Shown here in pieces: positions 48,560-64,000 of a DNA stretch of 64,000 nucleotides. The DNA comes from the human T2T-CHM13v2.0 reference genome, Homo sapiens. Below the pieces are notes generated by a model. That model was not told where the DNA came from. It made no database searches and worked only from the letters and a program-made list of their open reading frames with translations. The stretch lies in assembly GCF_009914755.1 (NCBI RefSeq), contig NC_060928.1; one strand, given 5' to 3'. How positions within the stretch are numbered: position 1 is the first letter of the stretch; each line of letters opens with the position of its first letter. The translations under genes and the position numbers were made by a program.

Positions 48560-49010
48560 ATTCACAAAGCCCTAACCACACGAGCCAAGCCCTTCAAAGG
48601 GCATGGCATCCAGTTTTAGCCACCACATTTCAAGGCAATGGAAAAACTGATGACAGTCTAAAGAAAAGCAACAAATGGGTAGGAAAATGGGTCTTTTGAG
48701 AAAAGGTTGCACAACTTAATATTATTGCATCAAGAAAAAGAAATAAAGGGCTATTTGATATCTGTAAATGTTTGGAAGGTTTATTGATAAAAATAGAGCT
48801 GACCTATCGTCCCCCAGCTGTTCAAAAGAAAAGAAAGAGGAAATTCACTTCCATTGTAGTAAGAGGCATTGACTAGAGATTAAATAACATTCTAATAGTA
48901 AACACTACAACTCTAAAATCTTCCAGTGGAAGTTATAAGAACCTGGGATGATACCAAGACAGAAACCATCTCTTTTGCATAGCTTAGATGTATTTTTGCC
49001 TGCAGAATTT
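48560..49010 (+). mobile_element. L3/CR1 relic
   Basis: ccagttttagcccaccacatttcaagg...gagaaaaggttg...aagaaaaaga pattern of CR1 3' ORF. Confidence 0.5.
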
Positions 49011-49282
49011 ATTAAAAATTTCTTGAAATTTCTTCCATTGTTGATCTTCTGTGGATCAACCAGATTTTTTCTTTGTTTTAACTTTAGAAGAGGATTTGAA
49101 AATATAACAAAAAGATAAGTAGGTAGAAATCAGAGTGGTCTGCTCCCGGGTTATAAATTAGAATCCTATCTGTCTAAAAGGGTAATTACAGCTTTTAGAA
49201 AAGCATTATTACTCAGATGTAGAAGAATACAGTAGATTATTCAATGGCTGAGAGGATGGCATGGTAGCCATGAGACAGTTCA

Positions 49283-49612
<330 letters not shown>

Positions 49613-49853
49613 TCAATGTGTATAGAAAACATTTAAAGCAACATCTAATAAAAACTAACTGGTTGCTTTGAATAATAAAGTACTATCTTTTCAAGAAGTG
49701 ATGACTCCATGCTTGAAATTATCAAGAAAGGCCCCAAAGTAAAAGCAGGACACTAACTGGGCAATGAAGAAGGTCTATATAATGGAAAGTCTTCCAGGCA
49801 AGGAGAATTTGCGAGCAAAGAAAGAGAACACAGGAATACTTCTTAAAGTCTTA

Positions 49854-50033
<180 letters not shown>

Positions 50034-50043
50034 TCATCACCTA

Positions 50044-50283
<240 letters not shown>

Positions 50284-50436
50284 CTACAGGGGTAGAAGAC
50301 AAGGATTCAGAACCCAAATTAGCAAATATCTGAAGAAAAAAACTTCCTCTGTTCCTGAACACAGGTCCTGAAGCTCTCTACGAGGAGTTTTAATTCTGTT
50401 ACTTAACCAAGCACTGGGTTCATATTTGAAACTTAC

Positions 50437-50559
50437 ATCTCCTTTTCTGACATAATCTGGATCTTTATAAATATCCCGGGCCAAGCCAAAGTCACAGATT
50501 TTAACCACGTTCTTCTCCGATAAGAGGATATTTCGTGCCGCCAGGTCCCTGTGGATACA
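50437..50559 (-). CDS. KDR: VEGFR2 exon 23 (HRD, DFG, Y1054/Y1059)
   Basis: [41 protein letters not shown]; 123 nt. Confidence 0.98.
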
Positions 50560-51329
50560 CTGCAAAGAGAATCATGTGTGCATTAGGTCTCGGCACAGCT
50601 GATCTCTTTCACATCTGTTGTGACCTCATGCATCAAAAAAAAATCCCACATCAGAAAGCCAACTGATTAACAAGGACTGGGTTAGTATCTTTTATCAACA
50701 CTTCAGGAAAAAAGTCTGTGAGCTTTGCTGAGACACACATCTGCTTATTCCATAAACAGCCCCAGCCTTTGGAGTTAAATAATTAAGTTATAATATGATG
50801 ATGGAATCATAAATAGGCTCCTCTAGGACACAAAAGAGTGTGTTTCTGGTCACATCCACACATTCCTTTTACCTGGCCCCATATTTGGTTTAAAACGTGT
50901 TATTCTAAGGAGGTCCGAGAACGGGATTTGTTTTTTGAATGAATGCACGGAAATCAGAAACAAGGGGCTCTCATTGGTTTAGTGCTCTTTGTTGGTTTCC
51001 CCCTTCCGTATGAAGCTGAAGCCAGACTGGCTCTGATAAACAATTCCCAATGTGGCTTCCCCTGATTTCAAAGTGCTGGGTTATTATAAAGGTCTATTAA
51101 GGCAATTTCAGCCTATCACAAGTCAGGTTGATTTTCTAGTGCATTAATAATACAATGAGATTCATCTTGACTTCTTTCTCTTCCTTTTAGCTTCTCAGTT
51201 TCTCCTTTCTCTGTATCCTCCAAACTTCAGCTAACTTCCTACTACTCGGCAGCTTTAGCTCCACATGATATTTTGTAAGAAAATGAGTCTTGGGGAGCAC
51301 AAGAAATGAATCAATGGCTTAGAAGAAAA

Positions 51330-51631
<302 letters not shown>

Positions 51632-52529
51632 AAAAGGAGAATTCTTAAATCATTGGAGAAGTGATCATGTAAGCCAGGCATTGCTGACCTTCCCACACCT
51701 CAAATCTGTATGGCACTCTCCTCTGAACAAGGCATATTCAGAAGCACATTATCTAGCACAATTGAGCAACACTGGCAATTCCAAAAAACAGACAGTGTTT
51801 TTGACTTTTCCCCCCAAACAAAAAGTTTCCTTTTTTAACCCGACAACCAAGTGGATTCAAGAAATAGTCTGGTAGATGTAAGGAAAGTTAAAGCATTCCC
51901 ACATTCATTTCCATTCTCTTCCTAGTCCCCAAAAGGAACCCTGACTAAGTGGCGAATTCCGGCCATAAAAAAATGGTAATAATAAGTCATAATCTCCAAG
52001 AAGTGTAAAGGGCCTTTCTCTTTGGGAAAACCCTGTAAGGTCCCAGTTCTCCTCCTTCCCCTTGGGAGAGAGAACATAAGAGCTACCTAGCAGAAACATC
52101 AAAGAGCCTGAGGCCTTTAATGCTATGAGAAGGGGAAAACATGGGTTGAAGATTTCATTCTAATTTAGGAAAAACAAAAAAAAATATGACTTAAGTCTTT
52201 CTTTCTTCATTAAGCTGCATGAATACATTCTGTCAACTGATAGTTCTTCCTGATCCTTAATTTGAAGTATTGTTACCTAATATAAAATTACACCTTTTAT
52301 CCTTTCCAGGGGAGTCACTGCCACCAGCCTTGCTCCCCGCTTGGTGTTTACAACCTTTGGAATAGTTGTAACTTGTCACGTCCCCATCTCAGCCTTTGTT
52401 TGGCCTACTTTTCTAATTTTAGCTCTTTTAATCGCTCTCATCTGAAGCCTGTCCTTCCTCGTTTCTAATTATACTCCTAACAAATACTTTTTGATGGATG
52501 TTGATGAATGTAAAATAAATTAAAAATGA

Positions 52530-52890
52530 TTCTCATGCCAAGATATCTGTAAGGCTCAGCCCCTCCCCTTTCCAGGTCATTGCTCAAATGTCAAGTTCTT
52601 AGTAAAGCCTTCCTCGTCTACCTTGTTTAAAGTAGATGTACACACACAGAGAAGCATAAACATACACAAGTGCATTGCTCCTGTGTATTCTATAACCCTT
52701 TCTTGCTTTATTTCCCCATAGCATTTACTCTCATCTAACCTACAACACGTTTTACTTGTTTATATTGCTTATTGTTTGCTCTACCCACTAGAACTGTAAA
52801 CTCCATGAAGGTGAAGAGCTTTGCCTGATTGTTCACCACAGTATCCTCAGTGCTCAGAAGACTGCCTCACACTTAGTAGATGCTTGACAA
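52530..52890 (+). mobile_element. L2 3' fragment
   Basis: gctcaaatgtca...tgtaaactccatgaagg...ttgttcaccacagtatcctcagtgc. Confidence 0.65.
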
Positions 52891-53095
52891 GCCTTTATTA
52901 TACAGCTTAATTTCATGAACTCCTTAACCACTCTTACTCAGCAGAAACAGAGCCTCCCCAGTAGAGCTCTTCTAAAAGACGTAGAAGTGGTGAATGAATT
53001 ACAATCCCAAACAAGCACCAATGGCTGACACTGGACATCTTATTTCCAAACCTGTGATCTGAAAAGATAGCTGATTTCCCCTCAACCTTTCTTAC

Positions 53096-53193
53096 CTTTC
53101 GCGATGCCAAGAACTCCATGCCCTTAGCCACTTGGAAGCTGTAACAGATGAGATGCTCCAAGGTCAGGAAGTCCTTATACAGATCTTCAGGAG
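53096..53193 (-). CDS. KDR: VEGFR2 exon 22
   Basis: [33 protein letters not shown]; 98 nt. Confidence 0.98.
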
Positions 53194-54396
53194 CTGTCCA
53201 AAGAGGCAGGAGGATGGAGATCAGTATTTCCATGAGTTAGTGTGATGTTTCTAAGTTTGCTAGAGTAATAATCTTTTTAAGACTTGGGAGTTAAGTTTTT
53301 AGGAAATAGAAGCAGAGAGTCAATGCTTCTATCTTCTGTAAATCTCCTGAATCCCAGTATCATTAGCCTTCATCATACCCCCTTAGGAACAATACTGGTT
53401 TTTCCATTTTAGCCAAATTGAACCAGTAAATCCAGGAGGTAGAATAAGGTAATACTGACCTAGGTAATCTGGGAAATAAAGAGGACATTTCCAAATTTGC
53501 CACTTACACTGTTTTTTGTCATGTACCCAGAGGGATAAACAATAGTTTCATATCAAGAACTCTAAAAATAAAACAACAATATTCAGGGTCATTGAATCTC
53601 TTCTCTCCAGGTTTTGTCCTGGGACAAAGGCCAAAAGTCAAACTATAATCTGCAATAGATAACTAAAAATACTAGAAATATATTTAATTCATTTTCAAAC
53701 TTAAAAAGTGCTGTAAATACATTAAATCTGGCCTGGGAGGGTGTTTTTTCCTGAGAGATAACAGAAACATGGAAAGATAAATTTACGTAAATTGGTGGTA
53801 TTTACTTCAGTGCAACTGGTACAAATAAACACTAAGATATTAAATGGGTGTTTCAAAATCATCTCTTTGGTCAGATAAGACTTATGGCTTCTTTCCTGGA
53901 GACAAATACCAGAGTAAACAAAAACTTAGTTGTAGTAATAAATTCGTAAGTATTTAAAAGGCTGTGAGCCTTTTTCTCAACAACTCAATCTCTTAGGTTT
54001 CTGGCTCACTGGCCACTGTTTTTTGAAAGACAAAGAGCAGGGTAGAGGCAGCACCACTCAGTGTGGGCCCAGCTAAATGAAGCCTAGACCACCTCCCCAT
54101 GTGCTTCTAGACCAAGTCCCAGCCTCACACTACCTTCTCAGCTTCTAAGGAAAAGGAGTTAAATGCAAATTCTTTCTGTAGCCTCATGTCAAGGGAAACA
54201 GAGTGGGTTTCTTCCACTATTCTTCTAGACTTATGCCTCAAGGGGAGCCAGCCTGTCACCCATCTCTACATCCACAACGCTATCTCTGCTCCTTCTGAAG
54301 GAGGCAGAAATACAGTGTGTCCTGGAGCCGGCTGAAGTCCTGGAAGTTAGGCTGGGACCACAGCTCCACCCAAAAAGAGCACTAAAATATCACTCA

Positions 54397-54719
54397 GGCC
54401 AGGCACAGAGGCTTACGCCTATAATCCCAGCACTTTGGGAGGCTGAGGCAGGCAGATCACCTGAGATCAGGAGTTCGAGACCAGCCTGGCTAACATGGTG
54501 AAACCCCATCTTTACTGAAAATACAAAAAAAAAAAAATTAGCTGGGCATGGTGGCAGGCACCTGTAATCCCAGCTACTCGGAAGGCTGAGGCACAAGAAT
54601 CACTTGAACCCAAAAGGCGAAGGTTTCAGTGAGCCGAGATCGCACCATTGCACTCCAGCCTGGGCAACAGCATGAGACTCCACCTCAAAAAAATAAAAAT
54701 AAACATAAAAACAACTAAA
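54397..54719 (+). mobile_element. AluS in KDR intron 21 (antisense to KDR)
   Basis: Full dimer; taaaatatcact repeated on both sides (TSD). Confidence 0.9.
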
Positions 54720-55271
54720 TAAAATATCACTGGAAACATAACTTAATAAAGGCCAGGATATTTATCAAGACTCGCCTGAGGAAGTATGGTTGGAAGGAAG
54801 ACTTGATAAGCCGCTTGGGGTAGGGTAGAAACAACAGATGGCTCCTAAACTGCCTTTGAGAAGGTTAGGTATAATGAAAAGACTTTTGCACAGGTAAAGC
54901 ATGCAACGTGGGGCAAACCACTCTGGGGCTCTCCAAGGCAATGGAGAGGCTAGTCAACTACCAGAAAACTTGTGGCCTCTCTCACTAATAAATGCTGAAC
55001 CAGTATTTTAAGAACACTGCTGTGGTTGTAGCCGACTGCTTAGCCCACTTGGACTACCCAGATTTCTCAGGCTAGCCCTGCTTCACTTCCCAGTCTAGGG
55101 CTTCCACACTTCACTTTTGGGGAGACAGAATGGAGGCAGTCTATTATAGAAATTCAGGTCTCTTTCAAATTATGAGGTAGTATTGGACTTTTCCCATGAT
55201 CAAATTCCTTGTAACACCCTATCACCCTGTCTGCTCTGACAAGAGCATGCCATAGCATGCAGGAAGCACTA

Positions 55272-55433
<162 letters not shown>

Positions 55434-55979
55434 CTATAAAAAAGCAAAGGAACAAACAAACTCCTTGAACACAAAATGAGTCTTTAAAAGTTTACAACCT
55501 TTAAAATGTAGTAAACCATGGAGATAATTGAAACTACTAAAAAGCAGACAAGGAGGACATCAATTTCAGGATTATGCAATCTCTGAGCTGAAACTTGGGG
55601 CAAGTTTTGTGCATAATAGGGTTTCTTCCACAAAGCCTAGCTCCTTCTTTAGCTTAAAGTGACAAATGCCACATTTTGAGTTGCATTCAGACACACTTTC
55701 AGCATTAGGATGCTCTTCACAGAGGGATTTACACTCCACGGGGCCAAATATGGCTAGGGGAGAGACAGAATAACCCAGAGATGTCCTACCCTCTGCCCTC
55801 CCCTTTCCTCGCTCATACCTGCCTTCTCCCCCATGTCCACACTCTGTAATGGGTCAGTAGATTAAAATCACATACATAAAACAGAAACATATGGCCCCCA
55901 GAAGGTAAAAGAGGAAGTTACAACAGCCAAGAGGTAATATGAGAAGATTCCTCACAAGTTCTTCACAAAATTTCAACTA

Positions 55980-56369
<390 letters not shown>

Positions 56370-56701
56370 CTACTTGCTTTTCAGTGCAATCTCCTGATAT
56401 GATTCCATTTTGGGGGTAACTACCCTTAAGCTTTCAAGTTTTAGGGAAGTTTACTCTTCTCTGGACATCTGTTACACAAGTAACAAACTGTATCATAGTA
56501 GCATGACATTTCTTAATTCAGAGAAAGTTTTACAATAATTTAATTCTAGTGCCAATTAAACCTCCATGAAATATATTTATTCCTAGGAATCCGCAAAGTA
56601 TTCTAAGCTAAGAAAATCAAGGCCAGAGGAGTTGACTGCTTTCCCTCAAACACTATCAGAGAGGCATGTTAAAATTGGGTGACCAAAACCACCCACAGTT
56701 A

Positions 56702-56902
<201 letters not shown>

Positions 56903-58120
56903 CTATACAACTTACCCTCCGGGGTAACACAGCTGTGACCTAGTTTACAGACCACATGCATTTCCTCAAAAGTGAAGTGTAAATTCTATTTTCTAATTTG
57001 AAATAAAATTCATATTTTAAGTGAGCCAGAAAGTTTGATATTTAAAGGAACCCATTGTGAAACCTTTTGCAAAGCGGAGAATACATCTGCAGTGGAATCA
57101 TGCCCAGATTCTCTTCTTCTGCAAAACTGGATTTTTGCATTTCAGGTTCACTATGATTCTGAGGGTCTGATCATTTCAGCACTTCCTCATAAGGAAGCAA
57201 CACCATGTATTAAATATCTTCACGTGTTAGGGGCTATACCGAATGTTCCAGCCAATCTGTGCCGATCTGTGCAGGCGAATTAAGGCCAGCTGGAAAGACC
57301 AGTTGGCACATGAGGCTGATGGCACTAAGACTATGTGTTTGATCCTGTATGGACTGCTACACTTCCCACTAATTCACAGGCATGGTCCACATCTAAGGCT
57401 CTGATGAGCCACCTCAAAATTACACACTCCCTTGGCCACAAGAGAAAAAAGGCAGATGGAGAAAGATAGCTTTGAAATGCACAAAACCTATTGGCAAAGG
57501 GTCATTGGCACTGCCTTCATCAATGAAAGAACATCACAATTGAAGAAAGAAGCTTTACTGTCTAACCTCCTAAAATGAAAATGGCCAGACCAGAATTCCG
57601 TTACTATTAGAATTAACAATTATTTATAAAGCTTTTAATTTAAAAAATATAACCCATTATATTTTTTTCTAACACAACCATTCTTGTTTTGCAAATTATC
57701 TTTTACATATGAACATCTTTTACATATTCCAATTCTGGAGAACATGCTATTTTTGTATTTCACTATCTTCCTTTCCATGTCTCTAGATGGTCTATAATTA
57801 TCTGATTCCACAATATATTAAGAAACAATTTTAATATAACCACAGTCCTTTTTCCCTGTACCCAGAACCACTAAGTACAACTGTGTTGGCTGAGCCCTGC
57901 ACGAGGGTAACCAGGCAAGAAGGTGAAAGCCATTCCCAACTTTGCTTGCCAGACCATGCATCCTGGCATAAAGCTACAAAGGAGGATCCTTTTTCCAATT
58001 TGCACAAGGGCATTATTTAGGCTGACTGCATGTGTGGCTAGTAGGCCCACATAAGCACAAAGCTACTGATACAAGCCTTGCAACATATTTAAAGACTAGA
58101 TAAAACAGAAAGATAGATCA

Positions 58121-58285
<165 letters not shown>

Positions 58286-58326
58286 TTACTATACAACCAA
58301 AGTGATACGCAGAGACATCAACTAGA

Positions 58327-58453
58327 TAGGGTGACCATACATCCCAATTTAACATGGATAGTCCAGTTTACTCCTTTGTCCTGGCTTAATTATTTAATAA
58401 CTCCCCCTTCACCCTCCAAATGTCCTGCTTTGGATGATTACATAGGGACCCTA
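58327..58453. mobile_element. Small hAT-Blackjack MITE (MER94-like)
   Basis: tagggtgaccata... and ...atagggacccta form degenerate terminal inverted repeats. Confidence 0.6.
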
Positions 58454-58556
58454 CCTCTAAGTGGCTATATGAATGATTATACAAATTCAAGAAATGGAAT
58501 TAATATTTCTAAACCAGAATCCAACATCTGAATACACCACATTTGTCATCATTCTA

Positions 58557-58847
<291 letters not shown>

Positions 58848-59166
58848 TCATTTTCCAATAAAACTCATGGAGTTTGGGAGTGGTCCTATTATAACCCTGC
58901 TTCTAGTTTCCCTTGTTCCCCAAAGGAGCTCAGAATTAAGGTTTTAAAGCTTAATTACACTAGACAGTCCAAGCCCTTTTCCTCTCTAGTGGCTTCTATC
59001 AATTAAATCCCTGAGATCCAGCCAAAAGAAAGTGGGCAGGAACGTTATTGTATTGAAATAAAAATGTGCCCATTGAGCCAATAACAATGGGAAGAAACAA
59101 CTCAAAGAACCCCAGTCAGTTTTCATTAATCATGAAAACCAATGTGCATGGGCAGAAGGGAAATTA

Positions 59167-59307
<141 letters not shown>

Positions 59308-59447
59308 TCAACAGTTGGAAACTTATACTTTTTGTTTGTAAGATGACAAATTTTAGCACTAAAGCAAAATCCCAAGCTTACCAACTTGGAAAAATCCTAG
59401 AGGACAACAGTTACACACCCGTAACTTGAATGGAGTCTACAGAATTC

Positions 59448-59463
59448 TTTTTTTGAATTTAAT

Positions 59464-59504
<41 letters not shown>

Positions 59505-59790
59505 GAGACAGGGTTTCTTTCTATGTTCCAGGCTGGAGTACCATGACACAATCATAGCTTATTGCAGCCTCCAATTCCTAGGCTCAAGCGATTCTCCCCC
59601 CTCAGCCTCCCGAGTAGCTGGGACTACAGGTGCATACCACCAAGCCCAGCTAATTTTTCTTTTATTTTCTGTAGAGACAGGGTCTCACTACATTGCCCAG
59701 GCTAGTCTCGAACTCCTGGCCTCTAGCCATCCCCCCTACCTTGGCCTCCCAAAGTGCAGGGATTACAGGCATAAGCCACCACACCTGGCC
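59448..59790 (-). mobile_element. AluJ with (TTTA)n microsatellite tail, KDR intron 15
   Basis: AluJ features; TSD ctacagaatt on both sides. Confidence 0.9.
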
Positions 59791-61970
59791 TACAGAATTG
59801 TTAATGGAAAATTTAAAGCTTGCAAAACATTGCTCATGTAAACTTACAACAATAAAATTCTTAAGTAATTAAGCATAGAAGTAGTAATGTCTTAAAAGCC
59901 AAACATAGAAAGTGTTTAGAGGAAGAGCAGTCTTTGATGGAAAGAAAACAGATCATTCTCTACAGAGAAAAAAAAATATTTCTATTTGAGGAAAACAAAA
60001 GTCTTCTTTTAAACTGATAGTCAATATTTTGATCTGTGCAGAGTTTGCAAAAGGATCACATAAGAAACCAAGTAGGGAAATAAACAAAATTTTTTGACCT
60101 GAGAGTTACTAATGACCATGTATCTACTATGCACTCATCACTTTAAATATGCCATTCCACTTAATCTCCTCAACAACTCTCAGTTTTCAGATGAAGAAAC
60201 AGAAGACCAGAGAGCTTAAGCTACTTGACTGAGGGCACACAGCTAGTCAGTGGTTCAGTCAAGAGATAAAGAGGCCTGTCCAACATGAACTAACCATTAC
60301 ATACACTACCCCATCCCTTGTGGCAGGAGTCTGAGTGAGGAGAAGAGGAAGAGCCAAGATGAGCACATCACGCATGGCCTGGTAATGGGAGTTTCAAATC
60401 ACTCATGAAAGGAAAGAGAAGAGGAAACTAGAAGTCAGCAAGCAAAGCTGCAGATGCTCAGGGCTTCAGAGGACAGCTCTGAGTGGAAGAAACAAAATAC
60501 AGAAACAGGCTTTCCACTAAGAGTGATTAGCAAAGAGATGATAAGGAAGCAGTCATCACTTGGGGCCTCCCATCAGAAGAGTGCAAGGAGAATCAAACCG
60601 GGCCACACGCTGTGCGGATGGCCCACTACGGCCTCAAGAGAGAAGAAGACAAGTAAGAAACTGGTTTGCAAAATAAGTAACAAATTGGTTTGCAAAATAA
60701 AAGTTAACTTAACCATTGAGAGACAAGCACAATTATGCTTGGAGTAAATTTTGTTTTTCTGGTGGTCCTAGGGAAGTAATTCTCTATTTATACACACAGA
60801 TTTAAAAGTCCAGTTGAACATAGAGGATAAAAAGTTCAAAGAGTCTGTTTTCTATGTGTTTGTATATTAATATTCTCGCATAACATTTGGGAACCCAGCA
60901 GGAGTATTAAATATCTAGCTCTGCCTTTCTTAGCATTCACTCCAGGTAAGAAGTAACTATAATCTCTGTGCCAGTGTTACCTAGTTAGGCATCTGTAACC
61001 AGCTGCAGGCCACCAACAAGAGGTAATGCAGAGCATCAGAGACAATCTAGACGTCATTCTGCGGATTTGCCCTAAAACATGAATCACTTTGGAAATGACA
61101 AAACTGCCATGGTCTTTGAAATCTTTATTTGCAAGTGTAGTTTATGAAATGCTAATAAGCTTATACATTTGAAAATATGTCAACATATCTCGATGCAATA
61201 CTTGGCATCATAGATTTGGCAGAGTAAAGGGACCAAAATCTAGACTTTGAGAGACAAGTTAGGATGAGTTCATAGAAATCCATCGATCCCTTCTATCACC
61301 ATACTTCTTTCTTACCCTTGCATACCATTCTTTTACCCCACAACACAGTTTTATTCTTTCCCTGGTGGGCTATAAAAAAAAAAGCCATAGGAATATACTT
61401 CTTAAGATAAAATATTCTGCCACAAATTACTTTTCCTAGCTAAGAAAATGACAGATTTCACATCACTTCTGCATACACACGTATTGAGATAAAAACCAAA
61501 AATTTTCCATGTCAGAAGAGCAATGGTCTATTGTTCACAAGTGAATCTTAATTATCTCTAGTCCAATTAAAACTCGGAATCCTTGTGACTATCTGGATAG
61601 CATTGACTGCCATGATTAGGCAGCAATTCTAATGTTTTTCCAAATAAATATAAAGGCATCATTTCTATAAGTTAATCAAGCCATTCAAACAAAGACAGAA
61701 TCAGGGAGAAGAGGCTATTCATCCTGCCTGATTAAGAATTTTTCCACAATAAGAACTGCAGGAATAGGAAATGTGATGCAAGCAGAATTATAACAACATT
61801 AATTATGTTTGCTGGTTAAAAGAATACATACTCACTGAGAAAATTTACAAAGTACAAAGAATATTAAAAATCATCTGTCGTTGCCCTATTCAAAGTGAAT
61901 GTGTGTCTATAAGATACAAACTAATCTTCAAAAACCACAGGATGTATCTATGACTTCCCACTGACCTTCT

Positions 61971-62357
61971 TTTTTTCTTTTAAGTTCTGGGATACATGTG
62001 CAGAATGCTCAGGTTTGTTACACAGGTAAACATGTGCCATGGTGATTTGCTGCACCTATTAATCCATCTCCTAGGTATTAAGCCCAGCATGCATTAGCTA
62101 TTTTTCCTGATGCTCTCCTTCTCCCCAACCCACAGTAGGCCCCAGTGTGTGTTGTTCCCTTCCCTGTGTCTATGTGTTCACATTGTTCAGCTCCCACTTA
62201 TAAGTGAGAATGTGTGGCGTTTGGTTTTCTGTTCCTGTGTTAGTTTGCTGAGGATAATGGCTTCCAGCTCCATCCATGCAGCTGCAAAGGACATGATCAG
62301 ATTCCTTTTTACGGCTGCATAGCATTCCATGGTGTATATGTACCACATTTTTTTTTA
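61971..62357 (-). mobile_element. 5'-truncated L1PA 3' end (about L1PA7/8 type), sense to KDR
   Basis: Minus strand: ORF2 tail (aaaatgtggtacatatacaccatgg), 3'UTR, then aacttaaaagaaaaaaa. 15-bp TSD tcccactgaccttct at 61956-61970 and 62358-62372. Confidence 0.93.
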
Positions 62358-62367
62358 TCCCACTGAC

Positions 62368-62499
62368 CTTCTATTATGAAAAATGCCTCCACTTTTGCAC
62401 AGCCAAGAACACTGCATGCCTGGCAGGTGTAGAGGCCTTCGTCCTCCTTCCTCACTCTGCGGATAGTGAGGTTCCGGTTCCCATCCTTCAATACAATGC
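62368..62499 (-). CDS. KDR: VEGFR2 exon 15 (Ig-like domain 7, C-terminal half)
   Basis: [43 protein letters not shown]; 132 nt. Confidence 0.98.
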
Positions 62500-62827
62500 C
62501 TAACAGAGGAAGAAAACGATCATTCTCATTTATGATGATGTAGTCTGTGAAGTTTTTCAGGGAAATTTAGAAAATATAAATGCTGCCCTTCATCTTGTTC
62601 TATTATCTAACTCTGTAGAGTCACATGGGATCTACTGCTGACTAATCTCCTATATGGCTTTCATGAAAATTCAACAGGGCCCCATACTCCAATTCTAAGT
62701 CTGTGAAATGAGCCAGGTCATGGACACCAATACTGCTTTTTTTCTACATTACATCAAGAAATAATATGGCTTTTTAGATAACATCCCTGGGAAAGTTCTG
62801 CAACCCAAGAGTGATAGCCAAATTCTA

Positions 62828-63040
<213 letters not shown>

Positions 63041-64000
63041 TCAGCAAACTTTTAAACAGTTTAAATTTAGTAAAAAGGAACTTGTTGATATATTAACTTC
63101 TGGGAAAATACACTGGTCACTGGGTAAAGTTAAATGAAACAAGTCAGTCAGGACACTGCAAACAGATTAATGGCTTTTAACATTCATATTAGTGATACTA
63201 GCTGGTAATCCCATCACAAAAGAAAGGTTCAGGGTCACCTTTATGGATTTTTCCTCTAATTAGACACAGCCTCCCCAGGTGAAAACTTCCCTCCCATGAA
63301 GATTCTAGTAAATAATACCCTAGAATCCCTTCAAATTTCTCTTGGAAGTGCCAAATTTTAGTATCATTCAACCAATAATGCCTTACATTTATTTGGCAAT
63401 TCTTATAAAACTTGTTTACACAATTTGTGTTCCTCACTAGTGATCTTATGTAATGAGCAGAATAGGACTGTTAGCGTTATCTCACAGATGAAATAAATGA
63501 TGTTCAGCGACATTAAACCACTTGTCCATGTCCCTGCAACTAAGTAAACAGTTGAACTGTTTACAGAATCTGGTGAGGCTAAAAGACCAGTTCAGTGCTA
63601 TTTCCACTAAAACACAAACAAAACAACAATACCCTAAGGGAAGTCTTGGATTTAAAGAAAATGAAGCCCATGAGTATTTGTTTAAGTGTACAAGAACACT
63701 TTAGATTTATTCTTTCTTCAGATCATCAAAGTGCTGTGGAAATATCTTGTCCCAACCAACTGAACATCAAAAGGAATCATGCTGAAAAAATCCACGTCAA
63801 CACTTAGCAAAATGAGATTACCTCAACAGCGTACTACATTGAAGTCTAAGCAAATGTACTGGATTCTAGCCTATTTCTAAGAATAGGTTTTAGGAAAACA
63901 AGTTAGGAGTCCTTAGGGAAGCAAAGCAGCTAACTGCGAGCACATATTTTCTGGGCACAGCTAGGCCAGGAGCCTACTTCACATCTCTTTCTCAATTCTG

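Noticed and set aside
60658-60705. Tandem duplicate aaa(c/t)tggtttgcaaaataa
   Set aside because: Two-copy local slippage in an intron; not an array and no evident function.

Overview
Human-type genomic DNA, recognisable as the 3' half of KDR (VEGFR2, 4q12) on the minus strand. Exons 14-30 were located by GT-AG boundaries and protein sequence; the 3'UTR ends at about 38,740-38,960. The first ~38 kb is downstream intergenic sequence dense in transposons: a dead full-length L1PA4-6-type element nested in an older L1MC-type element, a 5'-inverted (twin-primed) L1PA2/3-type element, Alus, MaLR LTRs, a 7SL pseudogene and MIR/L2/L3 relics. Most ORFs in the supplied track are repeat-derived or spurious. 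The most notable observations are: (1) an L1 insertion whose 15-bp target-site duplication copied the KDR exon 15 splice donor, one exon before the transmembrane exon; (2) a near-consensus 5' splice site rebuilt at the exon 17/18 junction; (3) inverted Alus bracketing an in-frame, stop-free exon 16-21 block; (4) apparently non-consensus variants shared by the two neighbouring young L1s. Repeat subfamily names, exon numbers and residue numbers come from recalled consensus/reference knowledge, not from a search. No functional claim is proven by the sequence alone.
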